Source: an uncultured Methanosarcinaceae archaeon
GTDB taxonomy: Archaea; Halobacteriota; Methanosarcinia; Methanosarcinales; Methanosarcinaceae
Direction: 5' to 3'
Assembly: GCA_963833425.1 (NCBI GenBank)
Contig: CAWHXP010000002.1
Location: forward strand, 64,001 to 128,000
Length of the DNA stretch: 64,000 nucleotides
How positions within the stretch are numbered: the first letter of the stretch is position 1; every line of letters starts with the position of its first letter. Shown here piece by piece: positions 11,358 through 24,337 of the stretch. The notes beneath the pieces are model-generated. The model worked only from the letters and a program-made list of their open reading frames with translations. It did not search any database and was not told the DNA's origin. The position numbers were made by a program, and so were the translations under genes.

Positions 11358-12631
11358 ATTGCCTCAAAATATTCATATTTGATTAAGTAATCCATTAACG
11401 TTAAATTGGCTACTTCAGCAGGTTCTTATCTCTGCTACATTAACTATGTGGTAGATACGAAAAGTGAATGTAGCAAACTCACATATAAATTGAATGTCAA
11501 AATTTTAAATATCAAAGTAAAAAACTTGAAACATACAAATTCCAATATTGTCATTTTGTTGAACTTATTTGCTTATTTCATCATTTCCTGGACCTTTCTG
11601 ATGTCGGCTATAGCTTTCTTCTTCAGCTCGATCATTTTTTCATGATGCATAATTTAACTACCCCTTTTATGTGTATTCATAAAACAAACTTTAATATAGT
11701 GCCCTAGGACCATTGATCAAATCTGAAACATGAGTGATCCCCATTTTTGGGGAAATGTAAAGATGATCTTGCGCTCACGATTTTCAACAAAGTGTAGACA
11801 CGATTAATTCTGTCTAACTAACTACTTAATTTTTTTAATTAAGGTGTTTTTTAGTAAAAGAAATACATTTCTTTATTACCGTTGTATTATTGATAAGGGT
11901 AGGAATTCCGATAAACCCACATTTTTGGTTGGTTGTCTTTAAAGCGAATCTAATCCAGGGATTTATCAAAATTCTCTACTATTATCCCATATACTCACAC
12001 ATTCTACAGATCATCCCTCACTCTTTATCTGTTCGCTTTAAGCTACAATTACAATTAACCACTTCATTATTTTAAATTAATTATACAAAAAATCGTTTAT
12101 GAATAAAAATTGCTTCCCAATATAATATTTTAAAACCGAAAAATAATTTTATATTAATTATGTTTTTATTATTTTAGGATATATTCACAAATTTAACATT
12201 AAGCTTTTTTTCCCTCCCTTTAAGAGTCAATAAATATTGATTCTAAATCAAATTCTAGATTTTAAGAGCCAAATCAGGCTATTAAAACACTTTATAGATA
12301 AAATAACTAACGTTCTTCCAATTTGAATCATTTTGTTATGTGGGGATAACTTCAGTATTAATAATATAAAGTTTTTAAATTTTTGAATGTATTCTACAAT
12401 AATATTCAAAAATTACTACCAGTTTCATGCATATATATTGTCAGATATAATCCTAATTGCGAAAGAATGAAAAAAAATAGATTGATCAATCTTTGCACCA
12501 ATGCGTACGTAATAAATGATTTTTTTATAATACAATTTCCTCGAATTAATCTAAATTTAAAATAGATATCATTAGGGGTTATTATAATTTGTTTATGCGT
12601 TTCTCAGACTTCTTTTCAATTTACTCGGATG

Positions 12632-12698
12632 TAATCGATAGAAACTTGTATATTCCTGAAAGCTATGGAATTGGCGAATTATAATAAATTTAGACAAA
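12632..12698 (+). repeat. dispersed ~65-bp repeat, copy 1
   Basis: TAATCGATAGAAACTTGTATATTCCT..CTATGGAATT recurs at 13775 and partially, inverted, at 29649-29675. Confidence 0.75.
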
Positions 12699-12847
12699 TA
12701 TTAAGATATATTCCCAGATTTTAAATAATAAGGTAGTGATTTTTTATTTTTGTACCATGCTTCTGTTTCTAGGATTGTTCATCTTTTTCAAGAACAATTA
12801 TCAAATGTTGAAATGGGAATAAATACTAAAACAACCGTCTATTATAC

Positions 12848-13099
12848 ATGGTATTAACTGAAATTCTAGTATTAGTCGTTGCTTTAGTAGTGGCGTTCTT
12901 TTTGTATAATTTGTTTGACAATCTGGTTCATCTTGGAATTCATGCAGTGATTGGTCTAGCAATTTTATACATAGCAAGGTTTTTCGGCTTAAAAGTTGCA
13001 ATATCTATATGGACAATCCTTATTTGTGCATTAGGTGGTAGTATTGGTGCAGTAATTGTCATTATACTGAGCTATCTCAAATTCGCCTTTGTGGGATAA
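12848..13099 (+). CDS. small membrane protein, BofA (pro-sigmaK processing inhibitor)-like
   Basis: 83 aa, three hydrophobic segments, ..ISIWTILICALGG.IG pattern. Confidence 0.7.
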   Translation: MVLTEILVLVVALVVAFFLYNLFDNLVHLGIHAVIGLAILYIARFFGLKVAISIWTILICALGGSIGAVIVIILSYLKFAFVG

Positions 13100-13199
13100 A
13101 TAACATTAAAATGGATACCATTGGATTCAATAGCAATGGAAGGCAAAAAGAATTTATCTAAATAGATTAAATAAATCCGATTTGTTGGGAAAGTGTAGC

Positions 13200-13432
13200 T
13201 AAAGTTCTGTAAAATATGATTGGCTCTTTACCCTTTTCTTTCAATGCAAAAAGTAAAATGCAGAGTCAATAATTTTACTGATAAAGCTTCTATTCCTATT
13301 GTTTTCACTGATGTATAGGTTTGAAAGTAAAACATACTTATATTCTCAACGTTAACTTTCATTACAATTTTTTGCACTAATACCTAACTTACAAGCTTAA
13401 GAGTATAGAGAAACGCAGATCAATTTAATTGT
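13200..13432 (+). repeat. palindromic site GTATAGGTTTG-AAAGT-AAAACATACTT (13313-13339) with conserved flanking modules
   Basis: Left flank matches the reverse complements of 29811-29900 and 40720-40800; right flank matches 27617-27710 and the reverse complement of 36065-36138. Confidence 0.75.
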
Positions 13433-13774
13433 AAACATACTAGTTTTTTAAGTCCAATTTGCTTTTTGATTATAAATCCTAATTATAAATATTATGTTCT
13501 CTTCATGAGTATCATGTAGAATACTCTCTGGTTTAGATGTGATCCTCATATAAAAGTTGTAAATATAAACAAGGAATAGCCACTTATAGGTTCAATGTAA
13601 GATTCTGATTCGATGGCAATGGGTAAGTATGCTGGCCCCCACAAAATAAATCATAGAGTCGCTAAATTTATTGATTTTTCCAAAAATAGGGCTAGTCTGG
13701 GGAAATAGGGTAATAAGAACTCTTTCATGGGTATTAAAGGGGTTTTAATACTTTCTTTACACACACTGGGCATA

Positions 13775-13841
13775 TAATCGATAGAAACTAGTATATTCCT
13801 AATCTATGGAATTATCAAGTTTACAGATAAAATAGGCAAAA
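13775..13841 (+). repeat. dispersed ~65-bp repeat, copy 2
   Basis: TAATCGATAGAAACTAGTATATTCCTAATCTATGGAATT, direct repeat of 12632. Confidence 0.75.
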
Positions 13842-14139
13842 ATCTGGTTCTTCGCAGTTTTGTGCAAATTGAAAATAATTATCCGGTGATATGGCACCAT
13901 CATCTTTCACAGGAACAAGAATATAGTAATAAATATTCTTTAAAAAAATTGGGATATATAGTAGATTCTACAAAAAATATATACGCTGTCTAAATTTTTA
14001 GTACTATTTATTCATTTGAGTCTGTCTTTATATCTTTTATTTTTACCATATTATGGTGGTACATACCTTAAAATTTTTCCTTTAATGCTAACACTTTCCT
14101 TCCTTCTAAAGCATCCTCTTCTATTTTCGAATACTTGAA

Positions 14140-14976
14140 TTACGTGACAGTAATTTTGCTTAATCTCCACCGTGAAATAAGAAACATTATTCCTGCAAAG
14201 GCTACAAGAGCCAGGAATGAAACAAGAACATCTCTCGGAGTATAAGTGTAATGGATCCCTATTGATGAGAAATCACCTCCGATTGTAAAATATCTGATCA
14301 CACTGATGAGATGATTGAGTGGATTGATTGCAGACAGGGCTCTGAGTACAGGGGGAAAAGAGTTCACAGGGTAAAGTGCATTGCTAGCGAAAAAGAAAGG
14401 CATGGTCAGAAGAGTTATTACAGCCTGCATACCCTCTGGACTTTCCATAGTTATTGCGATCGCAACTGAAAGGAAAAGAAATCCGAGAGAAAATATCCCT
14501 ATAAAAAGCATAATTCCAAACAATGAAACAAGAACTTGTAGTTGAGTATAACCTTCAAAAAATTGTACTCCCAGTAGAAGTCCAAAAATCATGATAGTAG
14601 CTGACTGAATAAAAGACTTGATCATACCTGAAAGTCCTATTCCTAGAATGATATGGATCCTTGGCAGGGGGCTTGCAAGAGTCTCTCGCATAAGTCCCCA
14701 GTTTTTATCGAAGAGCAACACAGTCCCCCCTAAGAGACTCGTAAAAAGCGTGGTCATGGCAATAACGCCTGCACCTATGAAGGTCAGGTAGCCTACAGTC
14801 CTGACACCTGGGATCGCTGGCAAAGTTGCTGTCAGTCTATCAAAGTTATTTGACATCGCAATTCCAAAAAAAGCTAGCCATAGGGCCGGCTGGATAAGTG
14901 TAGCGAACAGGAGGGCTCGGAATCGGACAAATCTTAGCATGTCCCGCCAAAATATAGTAAGAAATCCCATATGCAT
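14140..14976 (-). CDS. ABC-2 type exporter permease (DrrB-like)
   Basis: Six TM segments, RETLASP, FFASNALYP..P..L..LS.INPL motifs. Confidence 0.9.
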   Translation of the reverse strand: MHMGFLTIFWRDMLRFVRFRALLFATLIQPALWLAFFGIAMSNNFDRLTATLPAIPGVRTVGYLTFIGAGVIAMTTLFTSLLGGTVLLFDKNWGLMRETLASPLPRIHIILGIGLSGMIKSFIQSATIMIFGLLLGVQFFEGYTQLQVLVSLFGIMLFIGIFSLGFLFLSVAIAITMESPEGMQAVITLLTMPFFFASNALYPVNSFPPVLRALSAINPLNHLISVIRYFTIGGDFSSIGIHYTYTPRDVLVSFLALVAFAGIMFLISRWRLSKITVT

Positions 14977-14977
14977 A

Positions 14978-15850
14978 TCTTAATGTCCTCTTGCCTTCAA
15001 AGATATCTCGTGAACCTTCGGTTTCTGCATCTCTTACTTTCTTCAAGTATAATGAATAAAAACGGCATCCATTGACTGTTTTTGAGATTTACGTCCTTTA
15101 AAGTAATTCCACCAGTTCGAAGTTTATCAGTGATCTCGTGCAGCATATATGTGACATCCACATTGACAATAATAACTATTCACTTCGTTTTTTAACTCCC
15201 TGGGCTCGCCTGCGACAATTATCTAACCTGATTTATATAGCTTATCCTATCGATGAGCTGGTCAACTTCATCAATATAATAGGTTGTCAGGAAAATGGTT
15301 GTGATCTGTTGGTTTATCTATTTTGCATAATCCAATATTCTTGTCCTTCTCTTAAGATCGAGCCCGAGTGTAGGCTCGTCAATAAAAAACACTTTGTCTG
15401 GGTCATAAGCCCTCTTGAATCTCAAGCTTCTTTTCATTCCACCGCTTAGATGTCTTGTTAGAATATTCTGTTTTCCTCTGAGCTCAACCACGTCAAGAAG
15501 TTAACAACCAGCGCATGTCTTGCAATTTTTGCCATATAATAAAATTTTCCATGATATTCTAGAATCCCCTCACCGTCAGATCCTCGAGGGTCAGCTTCTG
15601 AAAAACTATCCATTTTGCCTCCCTTACTTTTTCAGGCTCTGTTATAAGATCCTACTCCCCAATACTTAGCTGCCATTCGGCGTAGGTAAAAGGATGGAAG
15701 GGACATTAATCACGGTACTTTTTCCCTGCTGCATTTGACCCCAGAAATGAAATTTTTTACCCCTTCTTGGTTATAAAACTGATATTGTAGATCGCCTCTA
15801 CCTCGTCGAAAAAATACTCATGGTCCTTTATATATATTATTATCTCCCAT
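14978..15850 (-). pseudogene. ABC transporter ATP-binding subunit, heavily degraded
   Basis: Manual translation shows Walker A remnant FLGSNAAGK and Walker B FLLTSLHSGS in shifting frames; directly upstream of the permease. Confidence 0.75.
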
Positions 15851-16059
15851 ATACAATCAATCATCTACTTTTTCTTCTAAGGAAAATTGAAATTTCAATA
15901 TAAATAGATCTTTTGTTGCTAGGGAATTTTGGGCAGTTTACCGAAAGTTCAGTAATGATATAATGGGAATTTTTCATAAACCAACAATAATCGGCAACAT
16001 TCGCAGAAAAATTTTATATACTTAAAAACTTAATCAGTGTCTAGCAAGTAATTTATGAG

Positions 16060-16353
16060 GTGATCTTAATATCCAACATGAGAAATTTTGTTTTACGAGG
16101 AAAAGACGGCAATGAACAGGGAATTTTCACTGGAAAACAGCCTCGTCAAGCTGCTCTGAAAGCTGCGAATCGAGGCGAGGGGACAAAGTCAAAACCGGAG
16201 ATTATCCGTCTCAGAGAACGCGGAACAAAGAAAGTACATGTTTTCAAGGCATGGAAGCAAATTGTCGAAGCTCCCAAAAATAGGCCTAGCTGGATGCCAG
16301 AAAAAATTAACAAGCCCTTTGTTAAAAAAGAAAAAATAGAAACAATCGAATAA
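16060..16353 (+). CDS. non-histone chromosomal protein MC1
   Basis: RNFVLR...GIFTGKQPRQAALKAANR...IRLRERGTKKVHVF...WMPEKI signature; start may be a few codons downstream. Confidence 0.96.
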   Translation: MILISNMRNFVLRGKDGNEQGIFTGKQPRQAALKAANRGEGTKSKPEIIRLRERGTKKVHVFKAWKQIVEAPKNRPSWMPEKINKPFVKKEKIETIE

Positions 16354-16371
16354 ATATAGTTTTTCTTATAT

Positions 16372-16394
16372 GCCCTGAATATCGGGGTTTTTTC
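16372..16394 (+). terminator. hairpin plus T-tract after MC1
   Basis: GCCCTGAATATCGGGGTTTTTTC. Confidence 0.5.
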
Positions 16395-16664
16395 ATTTCT
16401 TTTTGATATTCATAAACGGAATTAGCCTGAAAATGTCTTTAATAGTTGGGCCTGTTTGATTGAACAACGCTTTTTTCCTGCAAATTCAGTGTTTCAGTCC
16501 ATAAATCCAAAAATCACTATATTTTTGGCCAGAGTCTATAAGATTGAATTTTTATTTTATCAATTATCTCCGGGTTTACTAATCATGATAGTAAGCAAAG
16601 CGTTCCTCGTTGAATTTTGTAAGCAGATGAAAATATTATGTGCTCTGACAATGATTTCATCCTA

Positions 16665-17214
16665 GTTTTAATTTGATTTCTCCGCGGATTGACTTTTCCC
16701 ACTTCTTCTCAAGATCTTGCGCAGGCTTTATAGAATTCGTAAATGCAGAGTGAGCTCTCCTTATTAACACTCTCATACTTCCTACAACGGTAACGCCAAG
16801 ATTTCTGAGAACGCCATTAAAGTATTTATTACTTTATCATCGCCGCTTCGCCCTACTGTGCATACCGAGCAACCAAATTTTCAGTCCAGCATCTGGCAGT
16901 GAATAGCATATGAAAATCGATCGAAAAGAGCTTTCATTGAAGCAAGAACAGAATTAATGTAAGTCGAAGCCCCAAAGAAGCTCCGTTGGCATTAAAAATA
17001 TTTCCAACTAATCGTCTCATTGTCATCGAATAAGGAACAATGACTGTGCATAACAGGCTTATCATCCATTTCAATATTCGATATGCAGTTTATAGAGATT
17101 TATATGCTTAGTTTCTGCCTCTTCAGTTTCAGCACCTTCGAGGACAAGATTTAACAGTTTTCAAGGTGTTACTCGCATTGCCCTTGGACTTGCATTACTT
17201 CCAATGATTTTCAT
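16665..17214 (-). pseudogene. iron-sulfur flavoprotein / NADPH-dependent FMN reductase family remnant
   Basis: Manual translation MKIIGSNASPR...LVLEGAETEEAE...GASTYINSVLASMKALFDRFSYAIHCQML with stops and frameshifts. Confidence 0.72.
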
Positions 17215-17284
17215 TTAGTTTTCTTGATGAAATACTTCAAAATAAAGATTATTTTGCCGTTTTTTTACCTTCTGCATCTATACC

Positions 17285-18726
17285 TCAATGATTTATTGAA
17301 CTTGCTTTTCCTCTTACCAGAGAAGCAAATATCCCGATGAAACAGAAGATCGTAAACAGAATAAATGCATAGTGCAAACTTAAAAAGAATTGTGGATAAT
17401 AATCAGACTTAATCTCTACAGGGCCAATAAAAATCGCAAAAATCATCATTGCAATACCCATCGAAAGCATCTGACCAAGGAGTCGCATAGTCCCGTTCAT
17501 CCCGGATGCAACTCCGTAAAATCTCTTGTCGACCGAACTCATAATGGCATTAGTGTTAGGGGACGAGAAAAGTCCGTAACCTGCACCAAGAATGAGGAGA
17601 ATAAAAATCAGGTGCCAGAGAGACGCTTTTTCTGTGAGGAAGACGAGTAGGAAGAGTCCAATTGTCGTTAGAGCCATTCCTACAGATGCAACTATTCTTG
17701 GCTCAACTTTGTCGGAAAGCTGGCCAGCAATCGGCGAAATCATAGCTTGGACAACCGGCTGAACAACTAAAATAAAACCTGCATACTCAGGTGTGAAGCC
17801 TTTCGTATACTGCAGGTAAAGGCTCAAGAGAAAAGTCACTGCGTAAGTTGCACTGTAATTAATGAGAGCAGATAGGTTCGAAAAAGCAAAGGTTCGGTTT
17901 TTTGTTAGAAGGGTAATGTCAAGGGCAGGAGAAGGAATTAGCATCTCATACAGAGCAAAAATCAGCATCCCAATAATTCCGACAGCTATCAGAGCAGCAC
18001 CTTTTAAGTCCGGGATGACTGAGAAGCCGTACATGATGGCAAGGACAGCGAGACCGTAGATAATCGATCCTGTCAGGTCAAAATTTTCTCCCTTGCACTC
18101 GGCCCATTCATCTTTGAGTTTCCAGAGATTAAAAGAATTGTTGTGATGCCAATAGGTACGTTTACGAAGAAAATACTTCGCCAGCCAAGAAGGTCTGTCA
18201 TCACGCCGCCAAGGAAAGGGCCGATTGAAAGTCCAATATAAACTGCGGTAATGTAGATACCAAGAGCTCTTCCCCGTTCACCTGGGGGAAAGACAGAGGT
18301 CACGATAGCAACTCCGGTTCCGAATATCATAGCACTTCCTATACCCTGTATGACCCGAATTTCAATCAGCATCTCTGTTGAGGGGACAATTGTCATTGCA
18401 AGGGATGCAAGGCTGAAAAGCGCTATTCCATAGAGATAAATCTTTTTTCTCCCATAAATATCGGCAATTTTTCCGAAAGGAACCAGAAAGATTGCTGCAG
18501 TAAGGAGATATGCAGTTGCAACCCATGAAAGGGCAATTGCGTCCATATGAAACTCTTTCCCCATCGAGGGAAGGGCAATGTTAACTGCTGAGCCGTCAAA
18601 CGGTGTGATAAATCCTGAAAGTACCGCGATGAAAAGTACAATTCTTTTTTTTGTATGTTGGGTATCGATATCAGGAGTTTTGCATGTTCCAGTAAATTCG
18701 GGGAGTAGTACGGGTATTTTCAGCAA
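17285..18726 (-). pseudogene. MFS drug-efflux transporter (DHA2/EmrB-QacA type), single frameshift
   Basis: Two ORFs 18073-18726 and 17285-18034; motifs DGSAVNIALP, GKIADIYGRK, WRSIFFVNVPIG; frame changes near 18125. Confidence 0.87.
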
Positions 18727-19392
18727 GTGATTTATTATTACTTGTTTTTTTCACCATGTATATCACTGATCAGCAAGGCTATCGTCTACTATTGAGAGCA
18801 TTAAGAATTAAAAACATCTATCAGATCAAGACAAATTTGTTACACAAGAAGATCTTTCAGGAATAATGATCCTTTAAATCGTTCGGCTTATATAGTCTTT
18901 TTTAGATATAGTTAATTGATAATCTTTTTTAGTATTATCTAATTGTTATGCATCGTATTCCCTTTAACTAGTTTTCAATATACACTTCATGCTCGTCCTC
19001 TTGACCTTGGAATAAAGGACATTATCCTTGTCTCTGTATCTTCAGGTCTGTGCTTTTCCAAAGTTCTCAAATTGCTGTTAGATAACTTCAACATCATACT
19101 AAATACAATCAGTTGAAGAAAATATGAAAATACTTATGAATTAAGTATGAGCTTAAGGATAAGCGGAAGAATCTAAATGGGAATAGTTAACGTCTTGTTT
19201 CAAGCTTTGGATCTCTTTGTTTTTGATTACAAGTTTTATATTAACAATTTAGCAGGGTATAGATGGTGGGAAAAAGTATCAGGTTCTTCAATTTGCTGAA
19301 AGTAATATTTATCGTGCTTAAATCTTATTTTTGAACAATGCTTACTTAGGGGGCCTATATATAACGGATAAAAATATCGTTCAAGATGATAG

Positions 19393-19990
19393 GATGAGTA
19401 TCTAACAGAATGAAAAAACAAAAACCATATCTATTCAAGATGCACAAATATGCTCATTGGAGACAGACTTCACGAAAAAAGACCACCCTGGATATTGCAA
19501 AGTCAGTTAGTATAAGTATAGGACTGATCTATAAATATTCCCCAGTCGGTAAATTTGATACCCTATAAGGAATCGGTCATCAATGCATGAACAAACTGTT
19601 GATGATAAAGCAGCCAGAAATTATTGATTTCAATGATTTCCAGAGCTACATGAGAGACGTCATCAAAAATTTATAGCAACTAAACAAAGAGAATAATCTT
19701 TGATAAAGGCATTGACAACAGTTGCACTGGTTGATGGTGAAATTGTAGACAAAGTCAAAAAAATCGACTTTAAATACTACAAATTTGCATCCGAATTTTT
19801 TGCCCGTTTCAATGACTTTGGGATTAGCAATGAGGGTCTGTTGGAACTTATTATATAAGCGAATTATGGTTAAATGCATTTTTCTCCTTGATACGATTCA
19901 CCAAGTGTCTCTCAAAAATGAAGAAATTCTGACGGATTTAATGGTCTATTCATCTTTGAATATATGGAGCTACCGTAATATACAGTAACC
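19393..19990 (+). pseudogene. TetR-family regulator remnant, divergent from the MFS gene
   Basis: Manual translation TTLDIAKSVSISIGLIYKYSPVGKFD resembles a TetR HTH; multiple stops. Confidence 0.6.
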
Positions 19991-20927
19991 TTTTTCCAGT
20001 TATAGCTATCTAGAAAGCTATCGATGGCAAAATTTAGACTTTTTAGAAATCCGAATATTTAAGGTGTCAACACAGAAATTAGTAAAAAAATTACATGAGT
20101 GTTTTCTCTTACTTGCTTAATCACGAGTTGATTCCTTATTTTCTTCCCCTAATCATTTGCTGCAAATTTGCGATATTCCCCAAATGTAGAGTGACCTTCT
20201 GTTTACTCTTCTCAACGATTCACGGATATGATCCATTCTATCTCATGAAAGATTTTATTTTTTAAATAAGATACTATTGTAGAGAAATGTATCTTTTTAG
20301 GATCTTTTTCCGACAGCCTTGGAAGCTTTGGTATTCGGAGAGAGTGGCTATGGTGACGGTGGCTCAACTATTCGCGGTTGCAGTGCTGTGGTCGTCGATA
20401 GCTTTTGTGGGGGGGGTCTGGCTCTCTGTGTTGTGGATGAGTGAACAGTGCATGGGTTTTTGCCCTACATAAGGCTAGTCGTATATCTAAATATGAAAAT
20501 GTGCTATATAGTCTATCATTGCAATGGAGATAAAAACCGCAAAAAATAAAAACTGTAAAATCGGATTAGAGGGTTTTTATCAATTCTTTTTTAGGCTGTA
20601 GTTTATAAAACCTATATAAGCAAATTGTTGAAATAGGTGGTTTAGCGAAATTTTCTATGTTAAGGATCTCAAAGAAAGCTGACAGCAAGTATAATTCATT
20701 TATATTATCTAAACTATTGTTAAATAAATTCTGATATTGCGATATTTAGATAATATTTAATTGTATATCTAGGTAATTTCTACTATTTTATGGTAGAAAT
20801 GGCTGCAAGCAGTTTGACTTAAGTGATCAATGATTAAATTTTTTGGCCACTAGCTTTTCTCTCAAAATCGTTGAACACTTCTTTTTGACTCCAAAGCTGT
20901 TATTCCATTTTTTCAATCTTGAAGTCA

Positions 20928-21908
20928 TTATTCTTTGCAAGTTTCTTCTTTTTCATTCTTATTAAGGATCACTCTTGTCTTTTCCATCTCTTCTTTTGAA
21001 TGGATTTTTATAAGTTTTCTACGCTCTTCGCTCATCTGTGACATATCTTGTGAAAGTAGTCCAAAAGCATCAGCTCTACACTGTCTGCAGTGTCGCATCT
21101 GCATGACATAAGGTTCACAATCTTCTTGGACAGCCTTTCTCTCTTCTGCTGTAGGTGGCTCAATGTCTGCAAAAGCTCCCTGATTGATAAGAGGCATTAC
21201 ATTCATAATGTAAACTCCGAGTTCATTGAGTTTTCTGGCGATCTCAACTACATGCTTATCATTGATACCAGGAATAAGCACGGTATTAACTTTGACAACT
21301 AAACCTGCATCAACAGCTTCTTTGATACCCTTTAGCTGATTCTTAATATGGATTTCTGCGGCTTTGGTTCCCCTGTAGACTTCCCCGTGATAGATAATAT
21401 GATCAACTATTTTTGCATGAATCTCTGGATCAATTGAGTTTAATGTTACTGTTAATGTGGAAACTCCCAAGCGTAGTAAATCCTGTAGCTTTTCGGGAAG
21501 CAATAGTCCGTTTGTGCTCATACAGAGGGTAATTTCAGGAAATTCTTTTTTTATCAGCTCAAAGGTCTCGAAGGTCTCATCATTAGCCAGAGGATCACCT
21601 GGACCTGCAATCCCAACGACCTTGATGAAAGGATAGTCTGCTAGAATCTGTTTTGTTTTCTGAAGAGCTTCTTGTGGAGTTAGGACTTTACTTGTGACTC
21701 CTGGACGGCTCTCATTTACACAGTCAAATTCCCGGATGCAGAAATTACACTGGATATTGCATTTCGGAGCTACAGCCAGGTGAATTCTCCCGTATTTGTG
21801 CTGGGCTTTCTTGTCATAGCAAGGGTGTTTTGCAATCTTTCTCAGGAGTTCCTCTTCATATTTTGGCCCGGTATCTATCTCATTCATAGGATTGTCTTCT
21901 TCTGGCAA
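20928..21908 (-). CDS. nifB: nitrogenase cofactor biosynthesis radical-SAM protein NifB (stand-alone SAM domain)
   Basis: HPC, CNIQCNFC (CX3CX2C), ESRPG, AGPGDPL, TNG, CRQCRADA. Confidence 0.95.
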   Translation of the reverse strand: MPEEDNPMNEIDTGPKYEEELLRKIAKHPCYDKKAQHKYGRIHLAVAPKCNIQCNFCIREFDCVNESRPGVTSKVLTPQEALQKTKQILADYPFIKVVGIAGPGDPLANDETFETFELIKKEFPEITLCMSTNGLLLPEKLQDLLRLGVSTLTVTLNSIDPEIHAKIVDHIIYHGEVYRGTKAAEIHIKNQLKGIKEAVDAGLVVKVNTVLIPGINDKHVVEIARKLNELGVYIMNVMPLINQGAFADIEPPTAEERKAVQEDCEPYVMQMRHCRQCRADAFGLLSQDMSQMSEERRKLIKIHSKEEMEKTRVILNKNEKEETCKE

Positions 21909-23441
21909 ATGTGTTCTCCTCCGTTAGGAGTTTAAAAATACAGCAGGACCCTCAAGTACAAGGGGATACTGAAACATCTAAAGCAAACTATGTTACAGCA
22001 CCTTGATATACATTGTGGAATTTTTAGAATCCCAAATTGAAATTTAAGACCAAATTATACAAAATCATAAATTTCACTATGCATAAGCAAGCTTTATGCT
22101 TTTGTTTTCTTCATAGGATTCAAAATTATATCTTATATTTTTGGCTTGGGATTTTTTTTCCTAAATACATCCTGTCTATGTAATGTGTTTTTGTAATAAT
22201 AATACTTAGATGATTTCGATAAATCTCTAATTTTCCGAGTCATTTATATACCATTTATAAGCGGATGATGAAATTGAGAGGTTTATCGAAACCCTATATA
22301 GTTCATCAGAGGTCACTTGATCAATAATATATAAGACCATTTGACTTTTTGGAGGTGGTTCAAATGTCTATTTTTTAGGAGCTATAGCGATTTGAAATGG
22401 TGATCTAAAGTTGGTTTGAAAGGCCAAGTATAGGCAGATTGAGAACTTTTTAGTATTTAAATTTTGGAATTTGCGTTTGTTCTGCCACCTACCTGTTTGT
22501 TTTCTCTTCTGGCTAGTGTTTTTTTAGATTTACAAGCCTGTAGCCTATATAGAAAGTTCTTATGCTTGTAATCATCTCTTTTGATGGTAGGAATCAGCGA
22601 GGAGTTTATGTTTCAAGATATATTGTTCCATGGGGCTAATAATCATTCAAGATTTTGTACGCAGTTTGGATTTAATCGATTATTTTCAGTGTTAGCAATA
22701 CATTAAACGGCTTTATCACTGCAGACTTTAGTGTTAGCATAGTTTGTGTTTTTTTGCGTTTATATTTGGTATCTAATGATAGCTTTGCGAGTTCCGCCTC
22801 AGCACAATCATTCCGAGAATCATTATTTATTGGATATGGGATTTCTTTTCATATCTGTCCAATTCCCTTGTGTAAGGTGACCTGACTTATATTTTCATCT
22901 CCTGATTTTTTTATGCCCTTTGGTTATTACGAAACTATTTCCCCATCAAGATGTCAAACATGATAAACAAAGTCGCATTGTGGGTGAGTTATTGTTAATT
23001 GAATGAGTTGGAACTGTACCAAAGTATAGGTTGTAGTGGACATAACGATCATCTTTTCGGTAAAAGGCGAAGTCGATGATGTAATAATCAATTCTCTTCA
23101 CTTGAACCATACTACTACCCCATTATATCCAAGCTTTATTGATTATTTATCCTTTTCAGGGATAATAGCAACTTTTTATCATTTGCTATCAAAATTATTT
23201 TAAAAGAATTATGCTTTTTCTTAAAATTTAGGTGAAAACATGCATAATTTCTGATTTCAGAACTCTACAATATTGGCTGTTCTGGAGACGATTAAAAAAA
23301 TAGAATTAAGATGGATGGATGAAGTTTTTTATTGTGAATCATTGAGGAAAAAATTGAGAATGAATAAAGTAGTCATTCGGAGCTACTGATGTCCATATAT
23401 AAAATCTATGTATCTAAAGTTATTATTCCTGATCTTTCCTT

Positions 23442-23954
23442 TCATAAATTCCAGCGTTCATCTATTGGGAAATGTTCGTTGATCCACATGAAGGTACAGT
23501 TGTTGTGGATTATCTTGTAGGAACGGGAAAGTACAGGTATGCCGTCGAAAGTAGATTCTCTTTCTAGAATTTCGAGTTCGTTCATGTCACGCCTCATCTC
23601 GAGATTGTGGCTGCGCAGAATCCGGCCTATAGGGATGTCTGCACGCATGAGCTGTTCTCGCATGGTTTCAGGCATTCGTTCAAGAGGTGAGAGTGACCTT
23701 GCATGCACAAAAACCGTATTCCCCGTAGAGAGCCTTACTACTCTGTTATTCACCTCATCTCCTTCTCTTATTTCCAGAAGGTCAGAAGTCTCAAGATCGG
23801 CTTTTACAGTGTATTGTGATTCGGTTGTTACAATTACCGGTTTTCTAGTCATTATCTCCAGGAGAGTCGTCAATGAGCCATCAGTCCCACAGCAGACACG
23901 AAGACAGGTGGGAATTTCTAGGTTTTTTAGTTTTTCCAGAAAATATGTGGCTCA
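23442..23954 (-). CDS. chorismate pyruvate-lyase (UbiC/DUF98)-like protein, probable frameshift near the start
   Basis: LRVCCGTDGSLTTLLEI, V..RVVRL, ADIPIGRIL, I.EHFP; the TTG near 23954 after GGAGG is one base out of frame. Confidence 0.75.
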
Positions 23955-24022
23955 AAAAATACCTCCGAATAAGGACTTTCAAATTGATGATATTATTGCG
24001 ATGAGAATAAGCATCAGGATTT

Positions 24023-24337
24023 TTAGTTCTCTCCTACATCTTTAGTTGCATTTTTCATGCGCTCTTTTGCCGTGTATCCAGTAGCTTTGTATAAAAACTC
24101 CCGGAAGTCTTTATTTGTCTGCAAGATTATTTCATCATCTGATATGGTTTTGTCGGAAACCGTGTCAACACAGAGCATTTTATTCGCGATCCACACCTTT
24201 ATCTTTGACATAGCTCCGTGGGCTGTCTCTAGATATATTCCGTTTCTGAAGATTTCCCCGGGAAAGCATTCCTCCATTACCGAATAGATCCTGTCAATGT
24301 CTGGCTTAAAACCGCGTTTTATTTTGTACTGTTTCAT
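24023..24337 (-). CDS. conserved archaeal protein (DUF5611-like)
   Basis: MKQYKIKRGFKP...FLYKATGYTAKER. Confidence 0.8.
   Translation of the reverse strand: MKQYKIKRGFKPDIDRIYSVMEECFPGEIFRNGIYLETAHGAMSKIKVWIANKMLCVDTVSDKTISDDEIILQTNKDFREFLYKATGYTAKERMKNATKDVGEN

Noticed and set aside
21909..22100. Nitrogen-regulator (NrpR) operator upstream of nifB
   Set aside because: No convincing GGAA-N6-TTCC match seen
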